A DNA stretch of 64,000 bases from a virus (taxonomy: Duplodnaviria; Caudoviricetes). The notes under the pieces are model-generated. The model searched no databases. It was not told where the DNA came from and saw only the letters and a program-made list of their open reading frames with translations. A program made the translations under genes and the position numbers. The stretch lies in the IMG/VR virus record IMGVR_UViG_3300037308_000440, positions 1-64,000 of that record; one strand, 5' to 3'. Below, piece by piece: positions 48,308 through 59,092 of the stretch; positions within the stretch are counted from its first letter, which is position 1; every line of letters starts with the position of its first letter.

Positions 48308-49305
48308 TTCATCTTTCCTAATATATCAATAAATTCTCCCATTGCTTTTTTTCTACAACCAACTGTATCTAAAATTGTGAATCTAGCGTGTTTTCCTAAT
48401 TGAAGTCTTAAATTTTTATCTTTATATAATCTTTCAACATTTTGAATAAAACTATCTAAATTATTTTCAGATACTAAACCAGTTTTTTCATGAATTAAAT
48501 AATCCTGCATACCAGACATTTCAGCATTAGTTCCAACAACTGGGCATTCGGTTAACATAGCTTCTGCTGGAGGCATATGCAACCCTTCTAACATAGTTGG
48601 AGCTAACCAAACATCTACTCTATTATAAAACTCATTTTTCATTTTAGGAGTTGGTTCTTTTAAATGCCAACTAGATCCTCTAGGCATTTCTCTAGCACCA
48701 AAAGTCCATAGTTTAATATTTTTATATTTTTCTTTCAATACTTTTTTAACTTCAAATAACCATTTAGTTCTTTTTGTTTCTTCGTGTTTTTTTGAAGCTA
48801 TTAAACCACCTAAAACAAATTCGTTATAAAGACATCTATTAGATTTTTCAAACGGGTATAGCTCATCTGAATCATAACCAGGTCTAACAATTACAGATTC
48901 AACTGCGTATTGTTTTAATTTATTTTGTAAGCATAAACTATTAACAAATTTTCTAGTTGGGACATGTAAAATTCTTTTAACAATTTCTCCCTCTGGCATC
49001 TGCCAAGTTTCCCAACCACGAATCCAATGACATTTAATACCAGATTCTTTAGGAGCAGTCAAAGTATGCGCAACAGATTTATATCCAGTTGCAATAATAA
49101 AATCAGCAGAAGGAAGATATTGTCTTCCATCTTTCATTATGATATGCTGACAATTTAACTTATTCCAAGTATGACGATTAGAACTACTATCTAAAAATAT
49201 TACTTCACACCCTTTCTCTTGTAGTATATTACCAGACTTAACTATAGTAGAAGACCCACCATTATTACCAAGACCAACCCCTCTTAAATCAAATATGATT
49301 TTCAT
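48304..49305 (-). CDS. GT4-like glycosyltransferase
   Basis: GGSSTI, DFIIATG, EGLHMPPAEAM..CPVV. Confidence 0.85.
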   Translation of the reverse strand: MKIIFDLRGVGLGNNGGSSTIVKSGNILQEKGCEVIFLDSSSNRHTWNKLNCQHIIMKDGRQYLPSADFIIATGYKSVAHTLTAPKESGIKCHWIRGWETWQMPEGEIVKRILHVPTRKFVNSLCLQNKLKQYAVESVIVRPGYDSDELYPFEKSNRCLYNEFVLGGLIASKKHEETKRTKWLFEVKKVLKEKYKNIKLWTFGAREMPRGSSWHLKEPTPKMKNEFYNRVDVWLAPTMLEGLHMPPAEAMLTECPVVGTNAEMSGMQDYLIHEKTGLVSENNLDSFIQNVERLYKDKNLRLQLGKHARFTILDTVGCRKKAMGEFIDILGKMK

Positions 49306-50074
49306 AAAAATGAATTCCTTCTTCTATATTCTCAGTTGGAATAACTAAGGTTTTAAATGGATTTAATAATCTAATTTGATCACTAGTAGATATATTCAAA
49401 TCAATAAGAGGAATTTTCAATAATAAAGCTAACTTACTAATATCATTATTTAAATTACCAACAACAAAATCACATTTTCTTAAAAGTTCAATAATACAAC
49501 CATAATAAGAACTATTGCTATTTAATAACTTTTCAACCTGAAATTTAAATGTAGTTCTATCAATACAATGATAATTTGACACTGATCTTTTTTCAACCCC
49601 ATCAAAATAGATTATATTTTTTAGATCTTTTGTTAATGAATCAACTATAAATTTATTTCCTTCTCTTGGTCTAAAATCATAAGACATCATATTGTTTGAA
49701 TATTGCCATTTAACATTATATCTCCATCCAATATCCGGATAGAAATGTTCAACAATATCAAACTTTTGTTTATACTTATCATAGAAAGAATTAGCTATAA
49801 TCTTATAATTTTCTTCTGGATAATTTCTTATTCTAAAACATTCTTCAATATGATAAGGAGCTAATTTCAATCTCAACGGAACTAAAATATCAGCGTATTT
49901 TCCATAGAAATCAAATCGTTCAGGTCTTGTTAAAACTATTGTAAGTATGTTTGATCTTAGTTTTTTTAAATAAATCGAATGAGCGGCAAAACGAAAAAAC
50001 TCCCAAGAAAGTTCTCCTATAAATGGACCAAACAAATATGCATCACTTTTTAGCTTCCCGCTCAAGTCTATCAA
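49289..50074 (-). CDS. Putative GT-B (GT9-like) glycosyltransferase, paralogue of 50233-51177
   Basis: GPFIGELSWEFFRFA, TRPERFD.YG shared with neighbour. Confidence 0.6.
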   Translation of the reverse strand: MIDLSGKLKSDAYLFGPFIGELSWEFFRFAAHSIYLKKLRSNILTIVLTRPERFDFYGKYADILVPLRLKLAPYHIEECFRIRNYPEENYKIIANSFYDKYKQKFDIVEHFYPDIGWRYNVKWQYSNNMMSYDFRPREGNKFIVDSLTKDLKNIIYFDGVEKRSVSNYHCIDRTTFKFQVEKLLNSNSSYYGCIIELLRKCDFVVGNLNNDISKLALLLKIPLIDLNISTSDQIRLLNPFKTLVIPTENIEEGIHFYENHI

Positions 50075-50232
50075 CCTCTTTTTGTAGTTTAGTTACTTCA
50101 CTAATAGCTCCATTAAATAACCAATTAATTTCCATAAAATTCAAATTTCTTCCCATACTACCAGCAGTTGAATCTTGAAATGTCATCTCTTGTATTCTTT
50201 TTTGAATTTCTTCAATTTTTTTCTTGTTACTC

Positions 50233-51177
50233 TCAAGCCACGCGTTGTTGCTTCTTTCCATATTCTCTCCTTATCTTCTCATAAAGTAAATTCTCTAAAT
50301 GAGCAAGAACTAGTTTTGGTTCTATATCGAAATTTTGACTATCTAAAAATGTTACAGGAGTTCCTTTTATATTATAAGTTTTAGTATGATATTGTTTTTC
50401 GTTGCCAAATTCTAAAGCTTCAACTCCAAATAATAATGATATATTAGGAATTGCACTTTGTGATCCAAATGTAAAAAATGCATTTTTTATTACTACCATT
50501 AATAATCCTACAATAGAAGAATAGTTTCTAGGAGTAATTTTATTCATATCATAAAATCTATCACGTTCATCAGGAATATATTCTCCTGGTTTACCACAAA
50601 CAATAAAATTAAAATCTTTCTTTAAAGTTTCATTCTCCCATAAAAGATCATAAAATTCTTTCCAATAAGGCCAATTTCTTTTAAATCCTTTTCTTAATCT
50701 AGCAGCTAAAACAACTAATGGTTTATCCTTTGGTAAATAATCATTCATTAATAAATAGTTTTCATCTCGTGGTTCATATTCATAAACCATTTGTTTATTT
50801 GGAAATTGATTTTTATTTACAAAATAACCCTTAGAAATATTAGGAACATAATGATCTAATATATCAAATCTTTTTTCATATTTTGATCTAAAATCTCTAG
50901 TTAATTTTTGATATTCTTCAACAGGATAATTCATCAATCTAAAACATTCTGGTTGCCTACTCTTATAATCATCTTCAATTCTTAACGGAACAAATATACT
51001 AGCTTTTTTACCATAAATATCAAATCTTTCTTCTCTAGTTAATACAATATATTTAATATCTTTTTTTGGGTATTTAACTTTTTGAAGGTATGGAAGAATA
51101 GGGGCGAATCTAAAAAATTCCCAAAAAAATTCCCCAACAAAAGGACCCATTAAGATTGCTTTTTCCATAATCACCAA
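50233..51177 (-). CDS. Putative GT-B (GT9-like) glycosyltransferase
   Basis: GPFVGEFFWEFFRFA, RNWPYW, FGSQSAI..ISLL.GV. Confidence 0.65.
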   Translation of the reverse strand: MVIMEKAILMGPFVGEFFWEFFRFAPILPYLQKVKYPKKDIKYIVLTREERFDIYGKKASIFVPLRIEDDYKSRQPECFRLMNYPVEEYQKLTRDFRSKYEKRFDILDHYVPNISKGYFVNKNQFPNKQMVYEYEPRDENYLLMNDYLPKDKPLVVLAARLRKGFKRNWPYWKEFYDLLWENETLKKDFNFIVCGKPGEYIPDERDRFYDMNKITPRNYSSIVGLLMVVIKNAFFTFGSQSAIPNISLLFGVEALEFGNEKQYHTKTYNIKGTPVTFLDSQNFDIEPKLVLAHLENLLYEKIRREYGKKQQRVA

Positions 51178-52001
51178 TCATTAAGCAAATGTTTATCATC
51201 TTTAATCATTTTATAGAACTCTTCAAAAGTTAAATTTGAAATATGCTCTTCACTTTCTTCAAAACAAATGAGTTTTTCTTTATCCGCCTTATTTCTATTT
51301 TGAGTTAACTTATTACAAACCGAACCTGCAAATCTACCACAATGTATTGCAAGTTTTGTTTTTAATCCCATAATATATGGTTTTCCACCAGTTGATTTTC
51401 CTAACTTGTGCCAATATAATTGATCATGTTTTTTATTCTGCCCAACCAACTGTTTTAAATCTAATACTCCTACTTCTGAAAAAAAGTTTGGTCTAACAGT
51501 CCAAAATCCTGAACCACCAAGTCTTCCAGATTTCGCTTCAATTTTTTCATCAATAACTGTATATTCTTCTGTATTCTTAATTCCTCCTGGAAGTTGTCCT
51601 ATAACTTTAATATTATGTAACTTATTTTTCTTAACATGTTTCCATGCAGCATGAACTTTTACATCCCAATCTGGAGTAACAATTATATCATTATCCATAA
51701 TAACCAAAAAATCATAGTTATCTTTTAATGGATCTTGTTCATGCCACAATCCAAATTGATTACATGCTGCAGCTTTACTAAATGCATTATAAGTCGATGC
51801 ATCTGTATTGAATACTATTTGACTTATATACCCTTGACGATACATCTTCATAAAATAAGCAAAATGTTCATCAATTAAATAATTAGTTTGATTATTATAA
51901 ACGTATAATTGATATGGAGTTTTTGTATGTAATCGTAAAGCTTTTAAACATTTTTGAGTCATTGCCAGACGATTTCTGACAGTAACAAAAACCTTTATCA
52001 T
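51171..52001 (-). CDS. GT-A (GT2-like) glycosyltransferase
   Basis: VTVRNRL, YVYNNQT, IMDNDII. Confidence 0.8.
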   Translation of the reverse strand: MIKVFVTVRNRLAMTQKCLKALRLHTKTPYQLYVYNNQTNYLIDEHFAYFMKMYRQGYISQIVFNTDASTYNAFSKAAACNQFGLWHEQDPLKDNYDFLVIMDNDIIVTPDWDVKVHAAWKHVKKNKLHNIKVIGQLPGGIKNTEEYTVIDEKIEAKSGRLGGSGFWTVRPNFFSEVGVLDLKQLVGQNKKHDQLYWHKLGKSTGGKPYIMGLKTKLAIHCGRFAGSVCNKLTQNRNKADKEKLICFEESEEHISNLTFEEFYKMIKDDKHLLNDW

Positions 52002-53287
52002 TTTATAAGATCCTCAAATTTATCTACTAAGCTTATTAGTTTTTCTTTAGTATTTATAAGTTCATCATAACATGGACTATATCCATCAAATGAAGCATAT
52101 TGACATGGTTTAGGACTATGAATAAAACAAGGAGAACAATGTCTTTTTGCGTCAACCCAAGATGCTTTAGGATATGTTGAAAGTCTAATTTCTCCCGGAA
52201 ATGGACCATAGATTCCAAAGCATGGAATATCTAAAGAAGCTGCAATATGATTCATAGCAGAATCAGTAGCAATAACAGCTTTAGCTAATTTAGTTAATGC
52301 AATAGAATGAGCAATACTTTCTGAATACTGACAAAAATTATAAACCATTTCTGGTTTTTCTAATAATTTAATAAACTCTGTAACTTTATCTTTTTGTCTA
52401 GGATTATCAGTTAAAATTACTTTATAACCTCTTCTATTTAGTTCATTTATTATTTGTTCCCAAAATTCGTGCCTTGGGGTTCTTATTGGAGAACTAGCTC
52501 TTAATTGCATCAAAATAAATGAACCATCTTCAATATTCCATTTAGATAGAACTTCTTTACATTTTATAATTAAATCTTCATCAGGATCTTGTTTCGGAAC
52601 TAATTTTTCATCAGGTATATTCAATCCCATCCATTTACTAAATAATCTTAAAGCATTAACAGTCTCGGCTTCTTTACATCTTTCAATTACACCTTCAAAT
52701 AAAACATGATAGTCAGAATCAATCAAAGCACTAAATGCGAATGGTAAATCTAACACTTCATCCACACATTCCCAAGTGTTAACCATTGATTGATATTGCG
52801 GACCACATGCAAATTTGATATAACATGTAGGATATTTTTCTTTTAGATAAATAAGATTTGGTTGAATAAATAATAGATCACCAATACCACCAGTTCTAAA
52901 AACTAGAATTGATTTATCAGTTAAATCCTGACCAATATATGGTCTATAAAAATTTTTAAATTTAACAGAAGCTGGTCTTAAAAGTTTCTTACCATTTATT
53001 ACTGCTAGCTGTTGATATACTCCAAGACCCATAACGTATTTAACATTTTTCTTTACACTTTGTTTTTTGAAGTAATTTTGAATAAACGAAAAATCACGTC
53101 TAGCTTCTGCAATAATAATATTTGGGGGGGTATTACGAAGTTCGTCAATGGTGTTAACAAAATTAACTCCTTGCATTGTTAATCCCATTTCTCGCATTAC
53201 GGTTGAACTAGGAAGTTTAAAATCTTTTTGAACTACATCATCTACCCATATTCCTCTATTAGATTTCTGCATTCTCTGAGGTAGCAT
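51998..53287 (-). CDS. GT9 heptosyltransferase-like protein
   Basis: RTGGIGDLL, TDSAMNHIAASLDIP..GIYGP, CSPC..C..C. Confidence 0.85.
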   Translation of the reverse strand: MLPQRMQKSNRGIWVDDVVQKDFKLPSSTVMREMGLTMQGVNFVNTIDELRNTPPNIIIAEARRDFSFIQNYFKKQSVKKNVKYVMGLGVYQQLAVINGKKLLRPASVKFKNFYRPYIGQDLTDKSILVFRTGGIGDLLFIQPNLIYLKEKYPTCYIKFACGPQYQSMVNTWECVDEVLDLPFAFSALIDSDYHVLFEGVIERCKEAETVNALRLFSKWMGLNIPDEKLVPKQDPDEDLIIKCKEVLSKWNIEDGSFILMQLRASSPIRTPRHEFWEQIINELNRRGYKVILTDNPRQKDKVTEFIKLLEKPEMVYNFCQYSESIAHSIALTKLAKAVIATDSAMNHIAASLDIPCFGIYGPFPGEIRLSTYPKASWVDAKRHCSPCFIHSPKPCQYASFDGYSPCYDELINTKEKLISLVDKFEDLIK

Positions 53288-53312
53288 TTACAATTCCTTT
53301 CAGATTTCATTG

Positions 53313-54059
53313 TTATTCGTCAGCGTTTGAATCTTCGCCCATATAACCTTTATGGCCATCTTCTCCCATAAAACCAAATTTTCCACCAGGACCTTGAAGG
53401 CCTTCATCTAATAGATTATCAACCATTTCTCCAACTTTTGATTTCACGGCTGAATCAACATCTAGAACCTTTTGTTCTGTATCATCAGTAGCATTTTCAG
53501 GTGGTTCCGCTTCTGGTGGTGGTTCTGAAGAAGCATTTTGTTCAGGGGCTTCTGGTTCGTTTTGTTCAAGAAGATTATCAATCATTTCTCCAAGCATTTC
53601 ATCTCTAATATCATCATATAATTCATCTGCTTTTTGATTAGGAACATGATTTATTTCATTTTCTTCTTTCTGATCATTTTGTTCTTCCGCTGGACCATCA
53701 TCATATTCTGAATCTTCCCATTCTTCATTTTCATCTTCATATTCATCTTTTAAATCAACTATTCCATTATCATCAGTTAATTCATCTTCAATAAATCCAG
53801 GAAATGTTTGTTCATTTGAAACACCAAACTTATGTTGCTCTGGATTTTCATATGGTCTTGCTGATACAGTTAAATTTTCCTTACCTTCATCCGGAGGGTT
53901 GTCTTCAATAAAACTTGTTTCTGAAAGAGAATCTAATATTTTATCAATTTTTCTTTCAAGTCTCATTTTTCTAAAATCTTCATACATCTCACTCATTTCA
54001 TCAAGTAAAAAACCTTTTTTATAAGTAACTTTCTTCATTGAAGATATCCTCCAAACCAC
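53313..54059 (-). CDS. Highly acidic protein (scaffold/prohead-core-like)
   Basis: D/E-rich with repeated (I/V)D(N/K)(L/I)L helices. Confidence 0.5.
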   Translation of the reverse strand: MVWRISSMKKVTYKKGFLLDEMSEMYEDFRKMRLERKIDKILDSLSETSFIEDNPPDEGKENLTVSARPYENPEQHKFGVSNEQTFPGFIEDELTDDNGIVDLKDEYEDENEEWEDSEYDDGPAEEQNDQKEENEINHVPNQKADELYDDIRDEMLGEMIDNLLEQNEPEAPEQNASSEPPPEAEPPENATDDTEQKVLDVDSAVKSKVGEMVDNLLDEGLQGPGGKFGFMGEDGHKGYMGEDSNADE

Positions 54060-54114
54060 TCACAGATTATCAGAGTGGCGAGAATTAATCCCGCCACTCA
54101 TCAAAGATTTAAAA

Positions 54115-54870
54115 TTAACCAATTGAAGCAGCTTCTGCTTTTGCTTTTGCAACTTTCTTTGCAAGAGAAGCTTTGCATTTTTCAGGATTGTTTGAACTTG
54201 CACATTTTGACATTCCTGCTTGTAATGCAGCAGCTTTGGCAAGAGCAGCTTTCTTTTTGAATCCTTTAATACAAGCAGCTCTATCGGCAGCACCCTTACA
54301 TTCTTTTGCAGCCTTTGAGAAGAATCTTTTGTAAGCAGCATAAGAAGCAGCTGTAGCAGCAGCAATAGCTAGAGCAATACCAATACCTTTCTTATGTTCT
54401 CCAGCAAATTTACCAACAGCTGCAGCTCCTGTTTTAACACCTTCTTTACCAGCAGCGTACCCTTTTTTAGCAGCAGCAACTGTAGCGGCAGGAGCTCCTT
54501 TCACTTTTTCTTTGGCAGTTCTTAAAGCCAAACCTACTTTTTGTGCTTTTCCTACTGGTTCATAAGCATACCCAGTCTTTAATCCTTGTAGTCCTCTTTT
54601 AACATTTGAAACAACTTTTCCAACTTTATCACCAAGAGCCTCTACAATCAATCCTTCAACAACAGTTTCTGTTCTTGAAAGCAATTCAGATTCTTGAATA
54701 AAACCAGTAGCAATATTACCAGTGGCTAGATAATATAGTAACTCGTCTTTACCAGCTACTGAAACATACTCTAACAAATCAACCTTTCTGCTCTTTTCCA
54801 TATCTAATTCTGAAATAAAAGCAGCTGTAAAAACTTGTAGTACGTCGCGATCCATATGAGATTCCTCCAT
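54115..54870 (-). CDS. Ala/Lys-rich protein with hydrophobic segment, possible virion-internal protein
   Basis: GIGIALAIAAATAASYAAY followed by four spaced Cys. Confidence 0.55.
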   Translation of the reverse strand: MEESHMDRDVLQVFTAAFISELDMEKSRKVDLLEYVSVAGKDELLYYLATGNIATGFIQESELLSRTETVVEGLIVEALGDKVGKVVSNVKRGLQGLKTGYAYEPVGKAQKVGLALRTAKEKVKGAPAATVAAAKKGYAAGKEGVKTGAAAVGKFAGEHKKGIGIALAIAAATAASYAAYKRFFSKAAKECKGAADRAACIKGFKKKAALAKAAALQAGMSKCASSNNPEKCKASLAKKVAKAKAEAASIG

Positions 54871-54941
54871 ATTTAGAATTTAAAAATCAACTTAAGTAAG
54901 TAGATTCAAATTTATATTTTGTTCTAATTTTTTTTAAAGAA

Positions 54942-55985
54942 CTACTTGCCCATTCCCTTGACATCTGAAATGGTTCTGATTAGTAATCCATTTGCTACTG
55001 CAGTTAATGGATTTTGCGCTCTTCTAACCTCAGAAATTTCAAACGGAAGTTCATAACCAGAGATAACATCCTTGAACATTTCAACAAATCCTTTGGGCAT
55101 GCTAGTCCCGCCAGAAACTACAATAGGAATAGCATCACTAATTTCAACATCAACTTTTTCGTCAAACTCTTTAATTATTTTCTTTACTGTATATTCAATT
55201 AGTGCTTTATGATAATAATAAAGTGCTTCCAATACTCTTTTAGTTTTCTTATTTTGAACTTCAACTTCTCCACTTAATTGCATATATTTTTCTTTAACAC
55301 TAGTAACTCTATTTGGCAACATTCCAAGAGAATCAGCAGCTTGTTTATCAATCCAGTCTCCAGATCTTGCAGTTGAAAATGTTAGTGCTTCAACTCCTTT
55401 ATATGATATAGCTACATTTGCCATACCAGCGCCAAAACTAATTGCCATGCCACTAAACTTCTCTTTAGCACATTCAGAATAAATAATTGCCATAGCTTCA
55501 TTAACAGATGTATAATTTACACCTAAACTCTTTAAAATTCTTGCAAAAACATTCTCGTGATATGTAACAGATCTTTCTTCATCAATAGCTTGTGCAGGAA
55601 TTGAATATGAGCAATAAGCCTCTTTTCCTTTAACATCTCCAATAAGATTCTTTATCATTAAAGTAAGAACGTCAATTGCTGAAATTTCTTTTGGTGAAAT
55701 AAGTCCTTTTTCCATTGGTCTTGAAACTTCTTTACCAAAAATATTTGCATATGTAAATGCATCAGAACCAATTATATATAATTGTCCTTCATCCCCTTCA
55801 ACATAACTAATTTCACTAAGATCAGAAATATGTGTTTCTGGTTCAAGTTTCAAAAATACATTTCTTGTAATTTTAACATCTGGAGAATCTGATCTGGCAC
55901 AAACTAAATGCATTGTCCCGCAATCTAACCCAATAGATACAATATTACTTTTCTTCTTTTCTTCTTGTTTTACTTCTTCTGCCAT
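54942..55985 (-). CDS. Actin-like ATPase (MreB/ParM superfamily)
   Basis: Phosphate1 GLDCGT, connect1 NEAMA, phosphate2 SFGAG, adenosine VSGGTS, connect2 P..AVANG. Confidence 0.8.
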   Translation of the reverse strand: MAEEVKQEEKKKSNIVSIGLDCGTMHLVCARSDSPDVKITRNVFLKLEPETHISDLSEISYVEGDEGQLYIIGSDAFTYANIFGKEVSRPMEKGLISPKEISAIDVLTLMIKNLIGDVKGKEAYCSYSIPAQAIDEERSVTYHENVFARILKSLGVNYTSVNEAMAIIYSECAKEKFSGMAISFGAGMANVAISYKGVEALTFSTARSGDWIDKQAADSLGMLPNRVTSVKEKYMQLSGEVEVQNKKTKRVLEALYYYHKALIEYTVKKIIKEFDEKVDVEISDAIPIVVSGGTSMPKGFVEMFKDVISGYELPFEISEVRRAQNPLTAVANGLLIRTISDVKGMGK

Positions 55986-56818
55986 TTCTTGCCTCCGCCA
56001 TTTAATAACTTCGATAACAACTCTGCTGAATCATTTAATTTTTCATTATTCTGTTCAATAACATCTTCTTTAAAATCTCCCTTCATTGACATTCCTTTAA
56101 TATCAATTTCAGGTATAAACCCATCAAGTTCTTCAATATCAGGCTCTTTTTTAAAAGAAGGTTTTTGTATATCAATTTGTTCTGAATTTTTAAGATTTTT
56201 AATAAGAACTTCTAAAAAATCAAGTTTATTTTTTATTTTATCATTTGAATCAGTTTGTTTATTTACTAAAACTTTAGAAAGCATATCTTCTAAACGATCT
56301 AATCTTTTTTCTAAATTATTTGTATCTGTTTTTTCTTTCTTTTTATTAATTACTAAATCGCGAGATTTCAATACTTTTTCTCCAGATTGACTTTTTGAAA
56401 CAATTGTAAAATCTTTAATACCATTTGATCTGAGATAAGAAAGAACTAGCGACAAATCACACTTAGTTATATCAAGTTCAGTAGGAGTTCTGGCAGGATT
56501 TAATCCAGGTATGCTTACATACAACCCTTTATCCTTTATCTTTAAGACTGTTGCTCCATCCATAAGTTTTCTCTAACCACCAATTTCCCATCTTCTATTT
56601 TTACTTCAATCCCATTCATTTTAATACTTTGAATATTAAATGAACCATCACCATCCATACTAAATTTCTTACTATTTTCTTTCATATCTGGGTCTACATC
56701 AACTACAAATGAATGACCAGGACCAGCTAAAGCTCTAATATAAGAAATCAACTTAATTAACTGGTGGTCATAATCTCTAACTCTAACAGTCATTATATAT
56801 TCATCTTTATCTAGAGGT

Positions 56819-57379
56819 TTATCTTCCACGCTTAACACCTCCTTGAATAATTCTTAAATACTCTTCAATTTTATTACTATCACTAAAATTATTATCAGGG
56901 TATGAAACTATTTCTCTTTCGGGATTTAAAACTTTTATTAAAGCTTTCTTTTGATCTGGATGTATTAGTAATTCAGCTACTCCAACTTCACTAATCCATT
57001 TATAATCCTGATGTTCTTTTGATAGTTTAACTTCTTGATTTTGATTTTTCATTCTACAAAGAAAGTTATAACAAGTAGTTTTTCTAGTACCCCCCATAGC
57101 ATAATAAATATATGTATCTATCATATCACCAGGAATTATATCCAAACCTGTTTCTTCTTTTGCTTCTCTTACCACACAATGTTTTAAATCTTCGCCTGGT
57201 GGTTTATCACATTTTCCTCTTGGTAATTCCCAATGATTTGGCCAATGATCATTCTTTGCTCTTTTTATCATTAAAACTGAATTGACCCCATTCTCAGTTC
57301 TCATAATTATAGCACAAGCAACATTAACAGTTTGTTTCACATTTTTATCAGTAAAAAGATCTTCTTTTATTTTTTTCAT
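56819..57379 (-). CDS. NUDIX hydrolase
   Basis: WELPRGK..GEDLKHCVVREAKEETGL; LSKEHQDYKW. Confidence 0.9.
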   Translation of the reverse strand: MKKIKEDLFTDKNVKQTVNVACAIIMRTENGVNSVLMIKRAKNDHWPNHWELPRGKCDKPPGEDLKHCVVREAKEETGLDIIPGDMIDTYIYYAMGGTRKTTCYNFLCRMKNQNQEVKLSKEHQDYKWISEVGVAELLIHPDQKKALIKVLNPEREIVSYPDNNFSDSNKIEEYLRIIQGGVKRGR

Positions 57380-57865
57380 AACGAGAATAACTCCACGCTA
57401 TCATCAATGTTTTTCTTAAGCCTTTTTAATTTATCATATTTTATTTTATCTTTTTTACCTATTATAATTATACTTTTATCTATTTCATTTTCCATATTAT
57501 TTAGATTATTTTTAAGGGAATCTAATTTATTTTTAATATTTTCATCAAAAATTCCTCTTTTTTCTTGTCTTCTAATTATTTTTTCATAATTTTTTATACT
57601 ACATTTAATTGAACAATATTCCTGAAATAATCCATTTACTCCAGTTAATCTAGTGAACAATTCAGTAGCACTCTTTAAAGCTAACCCCAAAAAATATGTT
57701 CCTGTAATATAAGAAAATGCCCCTCCAATAATTTCAGATGATAATGTTAATTTTAAACTTTTAGAGTTATCTTTTATATATTTTCTACACTCTTTTCTAC
57801 AAGTAGAAAAATATCCTTCTTCTTGTATTTTATGTAACTGATTAGATAAATAATGATTATTCATA

Positions 57866-59092
57866 TTATGTTCCTGCTAATTTATAAGTATATATTTCTA
57901 TTATCATACCAACTTCTAAATCAACATATTCTCGTTTTACTAATATTTCATTACCACCATTTTGTAATACATAATGATCACCATATTCTAGTTTTCCATA
58001 TTTACTATTTACTACTATTAAATCCTGATGAAGTATTGTTTCTGGAATTTGAATAATTAGGTCTGCTGTTGAATCAATATCACCTTGAGTAACATTATAG
58101 AAATATCTAGCATTAAATTCCAATGGAGGTTCAGTTTCTTGATTACATCCTTGTAATATAACACTTCCTGTAGCATCCATTATATGATATTTATATCTCT
58201 GTTTTAAATATGAGATATAATCTTTATATTCCGAATAATCATACGCAGAATAAACAGACCCAGTATTTACATAAATATTAATACTTTCAGTTAAATAATC
58301 ACCTTGTGTTATGATCCAAGCAGGAACTTCTAATTCATAATTAACAGTTGCTCCAAGTCTCCAATCTGCCATTGCATCAGCACCACCATATCTATTACTT
58401 GGATCACTAAATCCTGCTAATTTATATATTGGTTTAATATTACAAGGAATTACTAATTCTTCTTTTCCTATAGTTTTTACTAAATGCTGATATGCTCCAT
58501 GATTTTGCCAATCTATAGTATAACTTTGACCAGTATAAGGATTGTTATATTGATAATTAACTACTTCTTCTGGTAGTATAATAAATGTATTAAAAAACTG
58601 AGGGTATATCCATCTATCATAACCACCAAAAATTTGTAGAAATAACATTCTTAAATCACAATATTCATAAAAACTATTTAATAGCATTAATAATTCAATA
58701 TCCCCTTTTATTCTTATAAATCCAACTGTAATATTTAAATTTTCATCTTTATAAATTGGTTCAAATAAATACTTTATCATACCAGGAGCTAAATTAGGAA
58801 ATCTCCAAAGTTGGTGACCTCCTGTATTTGCATCAGCTAAATCAAAATCTCCAGATGGATTTAAAATAAGTGCTGGTAACATTGGTTTGCTTACTTCGCG
58901 TCCATATTGACATTCTTTCATAATATATTCTATACCCTTATCATAAGTCCCTATTACTGTATATTCAAAACGTGGATATAGATGTTTAGACAAATAATCC
59001 ATAAAATCTTTATAGAAATTTGCAAATACATTATGAACATACCAGTAAAGATCTATTTGACCTCTACCGTCTCCTTGTGGGTTTGCTCCCAT
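57866..59092 (-). CDS. Hypothetical protein, possibly tail/neck structural
   Basis: 408-aa beta-rich ORF in the late-like - strand block; function not recognisable. Confidence 0.4.
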   Translation of the reverse strand: MGANPQGDGRGQIDLYWYVHNVFANFYKDFMDYLSKHLYPRFEYTVIGTYDKGIEYIMKECQYGREVSKPMLPALILNPSGDFDLADANTGGHQLWRFPNLAPGMIKYLFEPIYKDENLNITVGFIRIKGDIELLMLLNSFYEYCDLRMLFLQIFGGYDRWIYPQFFNTFIILPEEVVNYQYNNPYTGQSYTIDWQNHGAYQHLVKTIGKEELVIPCNIKPIYKLAGFSDPSNRYGGADAMADWRLGATVNYELEVPAWIITQGDYLTESINIYVNTGSVYSAYDYSEYKDYISYLKQRYKYHIMDATGSVILQGCNQETEPPLEFNARYFYNVTQGDIDSTADLIIQIPETILHQDLIVVNSKYGKLEYGDHYVLQNGGNEILVKREYVDLEVGMIIEIYTYKLAGT

